Source of the DNA: Bacteroidales bacterium
GTDB taxonomy: Bacteria > Bacteroidota > Bacteroidia > Bacteroidales > Bacteroidaceae
DNA length: 64,000 bases
NCBI GenBank assembly: GCA_015060905.1
Contig: SUXQ01000008.1
Location: forward strand, 4,674-68,673
Direction of reading: 5' to 3'
Below the pieces are notes generated by a model. The model was not told the origin of the DNA. It worked only from the letters and a program-made list of their open reading frames with translations, and made no database searches. A program made the position numbers and the translations under genes. Positions 9,037 through 18,352 of the stretch are shown piece by piece. The number at the start of each line of letters is the position of its first letter. The first letter of the stretch is position 1.

Positions 9037-10289
9037 CGGGCACCTCCTTTCTTTTTTGTGGTTATAGTTATTGGCCATACAAGGGAAATTTGTGCTTTTG
9101 TAGGGCCTATGTAGTTATATGTGCCATGATTTTCTACGTCACGCCACAAGATTGTATAATCGCTGCTGGGGGCATATTTTCTATAAGGAATTGATGCGTA
9201 ACCAAATGACAGAGAAAATTCTAAGTTGAAGTATTTTCCCAATGGCCTTGCGTAACCATAGCTGAGGCCCGCACTCCAATGTTCGCCTTGACGGCAGAAT
9301 TCTCGTGCCCATTCAAAATCCCATTTACCCGATTCGGCATATGCTCCTAAGAAATGACCCATAAGTTTGTCTCTCTTGCGACCATATTTAGTAGTGGGCA
9401 TGGGCTTGAACCACCATCGTGCTTCGGCTCCAATGCTTAGGAAACGTATGCAATATTTATTATTGCCCTCGCCCCATCGCCACCAGGGGAACTGATGGTA
9501 GTAGAGTGCCGAAAGGTTCTTTGCAAAGGGCACTTCTATCGAGTAGTTCACAAGGGTGAATAGGTCGTAAAGAAGGTTGCTCTTAAGTGCAAGGATGGTT
9601 TTTTGTTCGCTATATTCGGGTGTCTGCACCGGAAGAGCGGCATCTATGCGCTTAGGAAATTCAAGTTCGGGCTCTTTAAACTCGACACGTACGGGACGAT
9701 CGGGGGATATATACATACACACCCATGTTGCCAAACGTAGCTTGGGCATGTGGTTGCGAATAATGTAGTTGAATGTGTAGCCATTGTCAAGATTCTTTAG
9801 TCGCCACTTTTTATTTTCGGTGGGAATATGCGCGTGTATGATATTCATCACCGCATTGCGATTGGCTAGATGGTAATTTGCTTCAAGCTCCGACTCAAGG
9901 CCTTCCCAGTTCTCGCCCATGGGACGAAGATGGATATTTTCGGGCTTTAACACACTGTTTTTGGGAAGGTTCTTAAGAATAAATTCACGCGCTGCAAGTG
10001 CACGCTTCTCGGCGAGCCATTTATTGCGCAAAAAAGGTCCCTCGGGCGAAGCGTAAGCGTAGACTGTGATGCTGTCAATCTGTGGCGAACGGGCAAGAAT
10101 ATCCTTTATACGGAATATCTGATAGGCATTATCAAGATAATTCTCGTCAATTTCAATGTCGTCGCAAATATAATAAAGAACGTAACGGTCGCTGCTGATA
10201 CTATCGGCGACTGCCTGTCCCTTAGAAGGTAACGCCCCTAATATCAACAACATCAGTGCTAAAAATATTCCGCTACAATGCTTTTTCAT
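9033..10289 (-). CDS. OmpA-like / DUF3575-type outer-membrane protein; first gene of the type V pilus operon
   Basis: 418 aa ORF with a signal peptide. It has the OmpA-like motif VYAYASPEGPFLRNKWLAEKRALAAREFI. The C-terminal half is aromatic-rich and beta-barrel-like (LKSNLLYDL...WWRWGEG...GAEARWWFKP). Confidence 0.75.
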   Translation of the reverse strand: MKKHCSGIFLALMLLILGALPSKGQAVADSISSDRYVLYYICDDIEIDENYLDNAYQIFRIKDILARSPQIDSITVYAYASPEGPFLRNKWLAEKRALAAREFILKNLPKNSVLKPENIHLRPMGENWEGLESELEANYHLANRNAVMNIIHAHIPTENKKWRLKNLDNGYTFNYIIRNHMPKLRLATWVCMYISPDRPVRVEFKEPELEFPKRIDAALPVQTPEYSEQKTILALKSNLLYDLFTLVNYSIEVPFAKNLSALYYHQFPWWRWGEGNNKYCIRFLSIGAEARWWFKPMPTTKYGRKRDKLMGHFLGAYAESGKWDFEWAREFCRQGEHWSAGLSYGYARPLGKYFNLEFSLSFGYASIPYRKYAPSSDYTILWRDVENHGTYNYIGPTKAQISLVWPITITTKKKGGAR

Positions 10290-10390
10290 ATACTATTCTG
10301 CAAATGCCACCGGAGGAATACCCACCATTGATGAATAAGTCGAATTACTGCAACCTAAACTTAAAGCAATAATCACAATGCTATTCTTTG

Positions 10391-10398
10391 CAAATATA
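10391..10398 (-). promoter_or_regulatory. Candidate Bacteroidetes -7 box TATATTTG for the pilus operon
   Basis: The plus strand reads caaatata, which is TAnnTTTG on the minus strand, about 100 nt upstream of the ATG at 10289. Confidence 0.35.
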
Positions 10399-10522
10399 CA
10401 CAAAAAATGAATATTTTTTTTATACCGAAAGTAAATATTAGGCAAATAGCATAAAATTGTTCAAAATAACCTAAACAAGTGTTTAAATGTAATAAAAAAA
10501 TCAAATAAGAATAGCTTCGGCG

Positions 10523-13450
10523 CTAATTCATCAAGAAACGCATGACAGCCCCCATAATCTCAGCTCTGAAATTATCCTGCAAAATAGTCTCGAATGGGAA
10601 ACTAGTGGTAAGCACACGGTAATTGTCGGCAAAAGCGACACCCGCACTCTCGCGACACTTGTCAAAAACAAACGCAACAAATGAATTTCCCACAGGAGCC
10701 AAAATATCAGGGCGAGTAACAGCATAACACTTTTCGCTGATACCGCGATTCACCTCAAAAGTAAGATTAGAACCAAATATACTATTCTCGGACATATCTG
10801 CAACATAGCCTCCATAATCGAATTTCAATATATTCCGGATAAATGCGCGGTCACTATCGTTGCGTGCCATGTCACTTGCAATGTACGCGCCACTCACAAA
10901 AATGCGCCCTCCCGCCTCGCAATAAGAGGTTATTTTATTCTGCAATTCCGCAGGAAAAGTCTTGTATGCACGATTATATCCAAGCACCGAACCTTTACCA
11001 CCCTGCTTTTCACAGCCCAATATTAGGTCCACTGCATCATATTTTCCCAACTGAACATAATCGTTCATCACAGCCTCGCTCGAACAAGAAACGTACGAAT
11101 ATTCGTTGGCAACAAGAGCCTTGCCATGAATATATGGGTAGTTGAAAGTATTTCCGGCAACGAGCATCCCCTCAAGCTCGCATCCGCTGAGTCCAAGACC
11201 ATCCTCGAAGCCTGTATTTATACGCTCAAAGTCAAGCTGTCGGCCGCAATATTCGGGAGTGCGCATATAGGGGACACCCGGGTCAGCATCAATATCAAAA
11301 CCCGCAAGAGAATTACTGTTCACCACAGCAGGGCCGCTCAAGCGGTGAAAGCCATTCACAACAACCACCCTGCCCTTCTCCACCTTTGAAATACAAGCAG
11401 ACAGCTCTTCTGATGGAAAACTTTCCCCACCTTCGTTTAAGGCCGCAACCTTAAAGCTGTACTGCACATCGGGAAGCACCGGAAACACTATTGCATTGCT
11501 CTCGACCACTCGACCATTGTCATACTCATTATCATTTATTTTTGTGTATAGAATATACTTTTTGGCCACTGCGGTAGGCTCCAGAGGATCCTCGACCGGC
11601 ATCCACGCCAGACGTAAAGTATTTGCTTCATCGCCAAAGTCAATGGAAAAATCTTTTACAGGCAACGGCTGCACAATATAGTCGCGACCATGTACATAGG
11701 CAAGATGTTTAAGCAGAGCCTTGTAAACGGCACGTGCAATTACAAATTTGAAGTTCGGGTCGTGGCCGTATGCCATGTCTATAAAATTCTGATGCGACAG
11801 AGACTCAAAAATCATAGATGGCACATAAGGTATGCGCGATTCACTGTAACTTTTATCAAGAATGCCGCGACACGACCATCTGAAGCCATACGTCTCGCCA
11901 ATGTCACGCTGAACACAGTTAAGAATGTAACTGATAAAGTCGCGCGAAATATATCGCGAAACACCCGTAGGCAAAGTACCATCCTCGTAATCGGTGGTAA
12001 CAACGCCCAAAGAGCCAATAACCTCATCTTCCTCGGAAATTCCCGCATCCGAATGAAAGCCGAAAGTCATTTCTATAGGTACGCGCAACCCCGCAGAGTC
12101 GGGACAATATACCGAGCCGCCAACAAGATGATTAACTGCACGTGAGCGACTGTTAATATCATCATTATAATCACGTTCGCCCTCGCTGGGAGAGTAAACT
12201 TTATAAGGAAAGCCACTATATTGCAAGGCGTATCTTGCCCCCTCGAGGAAACGAGGCAAATTGCTCACTTTAAGACTGTCACCACGAGCAACAATGCCCA
12301 TTCCTCCACCGAATCGAACAGCGTCGGCCGTAACAACACCACCGTAAGCACTCTCATTAGAAAGCACCACCGACTGATTTTCGTGGATTCCCTTCTTGAA
12401 ATAGAAAGAACCCAGATAGACCCACGTTCCGCCACCCATCTGCTGGTTCACATGGAAATTAGTGACCCCACCACTGTGCAACACACTGTAACGCGCATCG
12501 GGCACACTACCCTCGAGCGTCTGATACGATACATACACCCCATACTCGCCATCCTCGGGAATATCGGGCAACCATTTTGCAAGTGCCGTTGCACCCTTTT
12601 CGGCTGAGACACAGGCAGTTACACGCACCGTACCCTCACTGAAAGGATTCTCGCCATCGACGTAAAATGTATCGCGCGGCGCAAATCCCGCATATTGCGA
12701 AACGCTCCACGCAGCATTGCCCTCGTGCTCCTCGACATATTGCGAGCTACCGGTGGTTGCATCATTATCGACAACCACAGAGTGTCGTTGCCAGCTTCTC
12801 TCGCGTGGAGTGTATACTAATGCCCCGGCATTCTCGAGCATAGGCATAAGGAAAGGAACAACTATCGACTGTGTAAAAAGGTCCTCTGTGGTGCAGAAAA
12901 GCGAAGGTCGTTGCCACTGCCACAAATTTTTATCGGCCGAATAGACACGCCCGTGACTCTGCCACAGAGCAATGTGCCTGCCATCGAGCCCCGATGCAAT
13001 CGCGTAAGGACGCGACACATTGCGCACCCACGCATGCCCCGCATAATCACGTCCGTTCCACAAACGAGTATCATCAACCGCCTTCTTCTTTCTATATATA
13101 TTAGGTACAAGATACTCTATGCGACGATGATTGGCAATAATTTCAATATTGTACTTTTTATACGAAGATGGAAGAGCCTCTTTCAATCCACTGTATATAT
13201 TGTCGACTAATTCGGGAGTAAAAACCTGTGAACCGAAATTTTTATTCGTATATATAGTTATTTTTTTTCGTCCGATGACAATATTGCCACGTTTGCGCTC
13301 CAGCCCACAATTTTTCAGACGAAGAGTTTCGGGATTATAATTCGCAAAATACTCCTGTATGGCACGCACAGCCTGCTTATCATCGTTACGCGCCGAAACA
13401 ACAGCAACAAACAAACAGACAATAATCGACAAAAGCCACCTTAACCTCAT
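10523..13450 (-). CDS. Large secreted MurNAc-L-Ala amidase-fold protein with a golvesin-C-terminal-like insert (family often annotated 'xanthan lyase')
   Basis: The ORF extends to 13498, but the internal ATG at 13450 gives a clean signal peptide (MRLRWLLSIIVCLFVAVVSA). Motifs are ALWQSHGR, FGFHSDAG and FESLSHQN. The insert reads WLPDIPEDGEYGVYVSYQ...ARYSVLHSGG...VNQQMGGGTWVYLGSFYF. Confidence 0.65.
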   Translation of the reverse strand: MRLRWLLSIIVCLFVAVVSARNDDKQAVRAIQEYFANYNPETLRLKNCGLERKRGNIVIGRKKITIYTNKNFGSQVFTPELVDNIYSGLKEALPSSYKKYNIEIIANHRRIEYLVPNIYRKKKAVDDTRLWNGRDYAGHAWVRNVSRPYAIASGLDGRHIALWQSHGRVYSADKNLWQWQRPSLFCTTEDLFTQSIVVPFLMPMLENAGALVYTPRERSWQRHSVVVDNDATTGSSQYVEEHEGNAAWSVSQYAGFAPRDTFYVDGENPFSEGTVRVTACVSAEKGATALAKWLPDIPEDGEYGVYVSYQTLEGSVPDARYSVLHSGGVTNFHVNQQMGGGTWVYLGSFYFKKGIHENQSVVLSNESAYGGVVTADAVRFGGGMGIVARGDSLKVSNLPRFLEGARYALQYSGFPYKVYSPSEGERDYNDDINSRSRAVNHLVGGSVYCPDSAGLRVPIEMTFGFHSDAGISEEDEVIGSLGVVTTDYEDGTLPTGVSRYISRDFISYILNCVQRDIGETYGFRWSCRGILDKSYSESRIPYVPSMIFESLSHQNFIDMAYGHDPNFKFVIARAVYKALLKHLAYVHGRDYIVQPLPVKDFSIDFGDEANTLRLAWMPVEDPLEPTAVAKKYILYTKINDNEYDNGRVVESNAIVFPVLPDVQYSFKVAALNEGGESFPSEELSACISKVEKGRVVVVNGFHRLSGPAVVNSNSLAGFDIDADPGVPYMRTPEYCGRQLDFERINTGFEDGLGLSGCELEGMLVAGNTFNYPYIHGKALVANEYSYVSCSSEAVMNDYVQLGKYDAVDLILGCEKQGGKGSVLGYNRAYKTFPAELQNKITSYCEAGGRIFVSGAYIASDMARNDSDRAFIRNILKFDYGGYVADMSENSIFGSNLTFEVNRGISEKCYAVTRPDILAPVGNSFVAFVFDKCRESAGVAFADNYRVLTTSFPFETILQDNFRAEIMGAVMRFLMN

Positions 13451-13547
13451 GCAATAAAATATTAAAAAGTTTTTTACGGTAGATTCTGAAAACAACATAG
13501 CAAACAGAACCTACCGTAAATTTATAAAATCTCAATAATAACCAATA

Positions 13548-13814
13548 TTAACCTTTCTGAATCTCGGCAACAATTTCCTTTGCCTCTTTGTCAAACGACT
13601 CACACAAAGTATTAAAATAAGCCGAAGCCTTCATTCCCGGCTGTTTGTAACTCACACGAGCCACATAATCATTATTAAGAACAATAATTCTTTCGAAAAG
13701 CGCATTCCACTCGGCAGCGTCCCTGTCGGAATTCATAGCAACATAAACAGCCTGTGACAAAAGTTCACTTGAAATATAACCTATTACTTTCTTTAAATTT
13801 TTTCTGCTTGCCAT
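13548..13814 (-). CDS. Hypothetical small protein (88 aa)
   Basis: ATG-initiated ORF with non-repetitive composition and no family I recognise. Confidence 0.45.
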   Translation of the reverse strand: MASRKNLKKVIGYISSELLSQAVYVAMNSDRDAAEWNALFERIIVLNNDYVARVSYKQPGMKASAYFNTLCESFDKEAKEIVAEIQKG

Positions 13815-13994
13815 AATTTTATAATTTTAGTTGAAAATGTAGTTGTAAAGGTAAGCCATAAGATTTAAAATTGCAAGAATCGAATAAAAAAACAACAAAT
13901 AAAAAGAAAAAGAGAATAAAAAACAGCAAAGTGCTTTTACAATTCATAAAAAAAAACGAAATTTGCGAATATTTTGAACCTAATTGTAACAAAT

Positions 13995-15641
13995 ATGAAA
14001 ATAAGCGCATTGCAACAAGCAAGGGCTGCATACCAGCCCAAATTGCCTCAGGCATTGAAAGGTGTAGTGAAAATCTCTGAAGGTTCTGCAACTAAGTCAG
14101 TTGCCGACGAAGAGGCTATCAGCAAAATGTTCCCCAACACTTACGGTCTTCCCATCGTAACATTCGAGTGTGGCGGCGAAGAGGTTAACTACCCTGCAAT
14201 AAACGTAGGCGTAATACTTTCAGGAGGTCAGGCTCCCGGTGGACACAATGTTATTGCCGGTCTTTTTGACGGAATCAAAAAACTTAACGCAGACAGCCGT
14301 CTCTATGGCTTCCTCATGGGGCCCGGCGGTCTTGTTGACCACAACTACAAAGAGCTTACAGCAGACATCATCGACGAGTATCGCAACACCGGTGGCTTTG
14401 ACATTATCGGTTCGGGACGCACAAAACTCGAAAAAACAGAGCAGTATGAGAAAGGTCTCGAGATTCTTAAAGAACTTGACATTAAAGCACTCGTAATTAT
14501 CGGTGGCGACGACTCCAACACTAACGCTTGCGTTCTTGCCGAGTACTATGCAGCAAAGAACACAGGTATTCAGGTAATCGGTTGTCCCAAGACCATCGAC
14601 GGCGACCTTAAGAACGCTTACATCGAAACATCTTTCGGATTTGACACAGCATGTAAAGTGTACTCTGAGGTTATCGGTAACATCGAGCGCGACTGTAACT
14701 CGGCACGCAAATATTGGCACTTCATCAAATTGATGGGTCGTTCGGCGTCACACATCGCACTTGAGTGCGCATTGCAGACACAGCCCAACATCTGTATCAT
14801 TTCTGAGGAGGTACAGGAGAAGGCATTGTCACTCGACGACATTGTAACATCAATCGCACAGGCAGTAGCCAACCGCGCAGCAGCCGGCAACAAATTCGGA
14901 ACAGTACTTATCCCCGAGGGACTCATCGAGTTTATCCCCGCAATGAAGTCTCTCATCGCCGAGCTTAACGACTTTTTGGCTGTTAAGGGCGAGGAGTACG
15001 CAGCTATCAAGCCCGCCGACCAGCGCGAATATATCATCAACAACCTCTCTGCCGAAAATGCAGCTGTTTACGCAAGCCTCCCCGCAGGCGTTGCACGCCA
15101 GCTTACACTCGACCGCGACCCCCACGGAAACGTACAGGTGTCACTCATCGAGACAGAGAAACTTCTCTCGGAGATGGTTGGAAACAAGCTCGCAGAGTGG
15201 AAGAAAGAGGGCAAATTCAACGGCTCATTCAACGCACAGCACCACTTCTTCGGTTACGAAGGACGTTGCGCAGCTCCCTCGAACTACGACGCAGACTACT
15301 GCTATTCACTCGGTTACACAGCATCGCAGCTCATCGCATCGGGCAAGACCGGTTACATGGCATCTGTTCGCAACACAACAGCACCCGCAGCAGAATGGGT
15401 AGCAGGTGGAATCCCCATCACCATGATGATGAACATGGAGCGTCGTCACGGTGAGATGAAGCCCGTTATTCAGAAAGCCCTTGTAGACCTCAACGGCGCA
15501 CCCTTCAAGGCATTTGCTGCGAAGAGAGACGAGTGGGCAAAAGAGACATGCTACGTATACCCCGGCCCCATCCAATACTTCGGCCCCACAGAGGTATGCG
15601 ACCAGACAACAGCAACTCTTGCTCTTGAGCAGGCTAAGTAA
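13995..15641 (+). CDS. pfp: Diphosphate--fructose-6-phosphate 1-phosphotransferase (PPi-dependent phosphofructokinase)
   Basis: I moved the start to [21 protein letters not shown], typical of Bacteroidales PFP. PFK motifs are GGDDSNT and PKTIDGD. Confidence 0.93.
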   Translation: MKISALQQARAAYQPKLPQALKGVVKISEGSATKSVADEEAISKMFPNTYGLPIVTFECGGEEVNYPAINVGVILSGGQAPGGHNVIAGLFDGIKKLNADSRLYGFLMGPGGLVDHNYKELTADIIDEYRNTGGFDIIGSGRTKLEKTEQYEKGLEILKELDIKALVIIGGDDSNTNACVLAEYYAAKNTGIQVIGCPKTIDGDLKNAYIETSFGFDTACKVYSEVIGNIERDCNSARKYWHFIKLMGRSASHIALECALQTQPNICIISEEVQEKALSLDDIVTSIAQAVANRAAAGNKFGTVLIPEGLIEFIPAMKSLIAELNDFLAVKGEEYAAIKPADQREYIINNLSAENAAVYASLPAGVARQLTLDRDPHGNVQVSLIETEKLLSEMVGNKLAEWKKEGKFNGSFNAQHHFFGYEGRCAAPSNYDADYCYSLGYTASQLIASGKTGYMASVRNTTAPAAEWVAGGIPITMMMNMERRHGEMKPVIQKALVDLNGAPFKAFAAKRDEWAKETCYVYPGPIQYFGPTEVCDQTTATLALEQAK

Positions 15642-15658
15642 TTGACTATAAAAGCCTG

Positions 15659-16507
15659 ATGGCAGTAAAGAAAGATACAAACAAACAGAGCGGCGGACGG
15701 AAGAAAACAACTTCCGCCCGCCGCTCGTATCGTAAAAAGAAGAACAAGGACCTGCCACGCTGGATATATGTAATAACAGCAGCGTGCTTCTCATTTTTCT
15801 TTATCGTCGGCTCGTACTATCTCTTTTTTCGGCCATATTTCTACCGTTTCCGTCCATGCTTTAACCATAAATATTACGATGTTTGCATGCCTGCGGGACA
15901 CTCGGTTTACGGCATCGACGTTTCGCGCCACCAAGGGGACATCGATTGGGATACGCTTAAAAACGGCAACCACCCCGACGCACCCATAAGCTTCGTATAC
16001 ATAAAAGCCAGCGAAGGAAGCGACTTTAAGGATATAAAATTCAAAGAAAATTTTGAAAATGCACGCAAACATGGCTTCATACGCGGTGCGTATCACTATT
16101 TCAGCACTACATCTTCGGGAGTGTCACAAGCCAACCTGTTCATAAGCATGGTTAAGCTGTCGCCAGGCGACCTTCCGCCTGTACTTGACATTGAGGAAAA
16201 GCCGAAAAACAAGAAAAAATATATAGAAGAGGTAAAAATATGGCTGAAAAAAGTCGAGGAGCATTATGGGGTGAAGCCTATAATATACGCTTCGAGCAAA
16301 TACAAGAAAAAATACCTTGACGACCCATTCTTCAAAGAGTATCCATCGTGGGTGGCACACTATTATATCCCCGAACTGCGCGAGGGCGAAGAGTGGCTCA
16401 TGTGGCAATGTACCGACCTTGGAGTGTTGCCGGGAATAAAAGAAAAGGTGGATATTAATATCTTTAACGGTAATAAAAAGCAGTTTAAAAATCTGCTCAT
16501 CGACTGA
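15659..16507 (+). CDS. Membrane-anchored GH25 muramidase (lysozyme)
   Basis: Basic N-terminus plus a TM helix, then GIDVSRHQGDIDWDTL...FVYIKASEG...GAYHYF. Confidence 0.88.
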   Translation: MAVKKDTNKQSGGRKKTTSARRSYRKKKNKDLPRWIYVITAACFSFFFIVGSYYLFFRPYFYRFRPCFNHKYYDVCMPAGHSVYGIDVSRHQGDIDWDTLKNGNHPDAPISFVYIKASEGSDFKDIKFKENFENARKHGFIRGAYHYFSTTSSGVSQANLFISMVKLSPGDLPPVLDIEEKPKNKKKYIEEVKIWLKKVEEHYGVKPIIYASSKYKKKYLDDPFFKEYPSWVAHYYIPELREGEEWLMWQCTDLGVLPGIKEKVDINIFNGNKKQFKNLLID

Positions 16508-16510
16508 TTA

Positions 16511-17608
16511 TCAATCTGTATAGCTTGCGCTTGAGGCTGAATAAACGCGCCACGCTTCGACAAGATTCTGAAAATCCTGCGGAAGTTCCGAATTAAAATA
16601 CATATCTTCTCCTGTCGTCGGATGCACAAAGCCGAGAGTCTTTGCGTGCAGTGCCTGACGCGGACACATTCTGAAACAATTGCGTACAAATTGGCTGTAC
16701 TTACTAAAGTGTGTACCTTTAAGAATCTCGTCTCCGCCGTAACAATCGTCACTGAAAAGCGTGTGACCAATATGTTTCATGTGCACCCTTATCTGATGCG
16801 TGCGACCCGTCTCGAGATTACACTCGACAAGCGACACGTAGCTTAAACGTTCGAGCACACGATAATGGGTAACGGCACTTTTGCCAACCTCGGGGTCGGA
16901 CGACACACACATCTGCAATCTGTTACGCGGATTACGGGTAATATTTCCCTCAATTGTTCCGGAATCTTCCTTTACCCTGCCCCACACTACTGCATTATAA
17001 GTACGTTTGGTAGTTTTTTTGAAAAATTGCATTCCAAGATGAGCCTTTGCATAAGGAGTCTTTGCAACGACCAAAAGCCCGGAGGTATTTTTATCTATTC
17101 TATGCACAAGGCCCACCTGCGGGTCGTTTGGGTCAAAATCGCTGTTGTTGCGCAGATGCCATGCAACGGCATTTATAAGCGTACCGTGAGTATTTCCGCA
17201 GCCGGGGTGCACAACAAGTCCGGCGGGCTTGTTTACAACCATCAGTTCTTTATCTTCGTAGACAATGTCAAGCGGAATATCCTCGGGAACAATAGTATTG
17301 TCATACGCGGGAGTGTCCATGGTTACTGTAACTACGTCACAAGGCTTTACTTTGTAGTTACATTTCACGGGGCGTCCGTTTACCGACAGCGAACCTGCCT
17401 CGGCCGCCTGCTGTATCTTGTTACGGGAAATATGAGCAATGTGCTCTACAAGAAACTTATCGACACGTAACGGCGACTGACCTTTGTCCGCAACGCAACG
17501 ATACTCTTTAAAAAGAGTTTCATCGTCAAAAGCTCCTTCTGGTACATCTTCAACTAAAATATCGTTCAAAAAATCCTCTTCAACAGCCATACTTTTTATT
17601 CGAACCAT
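16511..17608 (-). CDS. rluD: RluA-family 23S rRNA pseudouridine synthase (RluD-like, with S4 domain)
   Basis: Motifs HRIDKNTSGLLVVAK and GRTHQIRVH. An alternative ATG at 17590 would remove the 13 nt overlap with the upstream gene. Confidence 0.9.
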   Translation of the reverse strand: MVRIKSMAVEEDFLNDILVEDVPEGAFDDETLFKEYRCVADKGQSPLRVDKFLVEHIAHISRNKIQQAAEAGSLSVNGRPVKCNYKVKPCDVVTVTMDTPAYDNTIVPEDIPLDIVYEDKELMVVNKPAGLVVHPGCGNTHGTLINAVAWHLRNNSDFDPNDPQVGLVHRIDKNTSGLLVVAKTPYAKAHLGMQFFKKTTKRTYNAVVWGRVKEDSGTIEGNITRNPRNRLQMCVSSDPEVGKSAVTHYRVLERLSYVSLVECNLETGRTHQIRVHMKHIGHTLFSDDCYGGDEILKGTHFSKYSQFVRNCFRMCPRQALHAKTLGFVHPTTGEDMYFNSELPQDFQNLVEAWRVYSASSASYTD

Positions 17609-18180
17609 GAATCATCAACAAGAACATCATCGACTTTCTCTTTCTCGTCACCGCTTCCAATAACAAGAGTAAGCGTGGAACCAAGAGGAACCTGAGCCGC
17701 CGTCTTTAATGTATCCTTGCCCCTGATTACCGAGTATACCCAATCTTTTTCCCCGGCAACAGTTATATGCTCTGTTAGTTTAAAACCGGCTGCACGCAAA
17801 CGTGCCTCGGCCTCGCGCAAAGAGCAGTTGTCAATAACATCGGGTAACTGCATTGTAGGCTCTTTACCCGAATTTAATGTCAGTTGAATTTTGCGGCCTT
17901 TTTTAACCTTTGCCGCACCTGCGGGACGCTGTTCCAGAATCTCATTCTCGGCTGCACCCTTCTGATATTTATAATCAACAATTTCGTAACCCAGAAGTTT
18001 CTCGTTCAACAACTGCGCACCCGCATCGAGCGACTGCCCGCAAACATTGGGAACTTCAATCACCTTTCCATGCAAAGTATAATCATCGAGCCATGCAAGC
18101 ACAGCAAAAGGAATAGTGACAACCACTGCCACCATTGCTATAAAATTTACAAGAATAATTCTTTTTGTTCTTTTTTTCAT
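17596..18180 (-). CDS. PASTA domain-containing membrane-anchored protein
   Basis: 194 aa ORF with an N-terminal TM helix and two PASTA-like repeats (VPNVCGQSLDAGAQLL..., LPDVIDNCSLREAEARL...). Confidence 0.78.
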   Translation of the reverse strand: MKKRTKRIILVNFIAMVAVVVTIPFAVLAWLDDYTLHGKVIEVPNVCGQSLDAGAQLLNEKLLGYEIVDYKYQKGAAENEILEQRPAGAAKVKKGRKIQLTLNSGKEPTMQLPDVIDNCSLREAEARLRAAGFKLTEHITVAGEKDWVYSVIRGKDTLKTAAQVPLGSTLTLVIGSGDEKEKVDDVLVDDSWFE

Positions 18181-18286
18181 TTATTCGAATATATCAATCG
18201 AATACAAAGGTACAAAAAAAACAGAGCGCACACAACCCTATACAAAGTTTTTCACACGCGCACATTTAAAAATAGAAAAATTATTA

Positions 18287-18294
18287 TATATTTG
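18287..18294 (+). promoter_or_regulatory. -7 box TATATTTG for the GH36 gene
   Basis: TAnnTTTG match 59 nt upstream of the ATG at 18353. Confidence 0.5.
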
Positions 18295-18352
18295 CAAACT
18301 AAAGTTTGCGTACATAACAGGATTTTTTATTTTAACCTTATATTAATACACT

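Noticed and set aside
10290-10522. Possible invertible promoter (fimbrial phase-variation switch) upstream of the pilus operon
   Set aside because: I found only short direct repeats (aacctaaac twice, tattct(t)tgcaaat twice) and no flanking inverted-repeat pair of 10 bp or more. No recombinase gene is present in the window.
13819-14091. 90 aa minus-strand ORF and 69 aa plus-strand ORF in the pfp upstream region
   Set aside because: They lie in an AT-rich promoter region and give low-complexity F/L/K-rich translations that overlap the pfp 5' end. They are most likely spurious.
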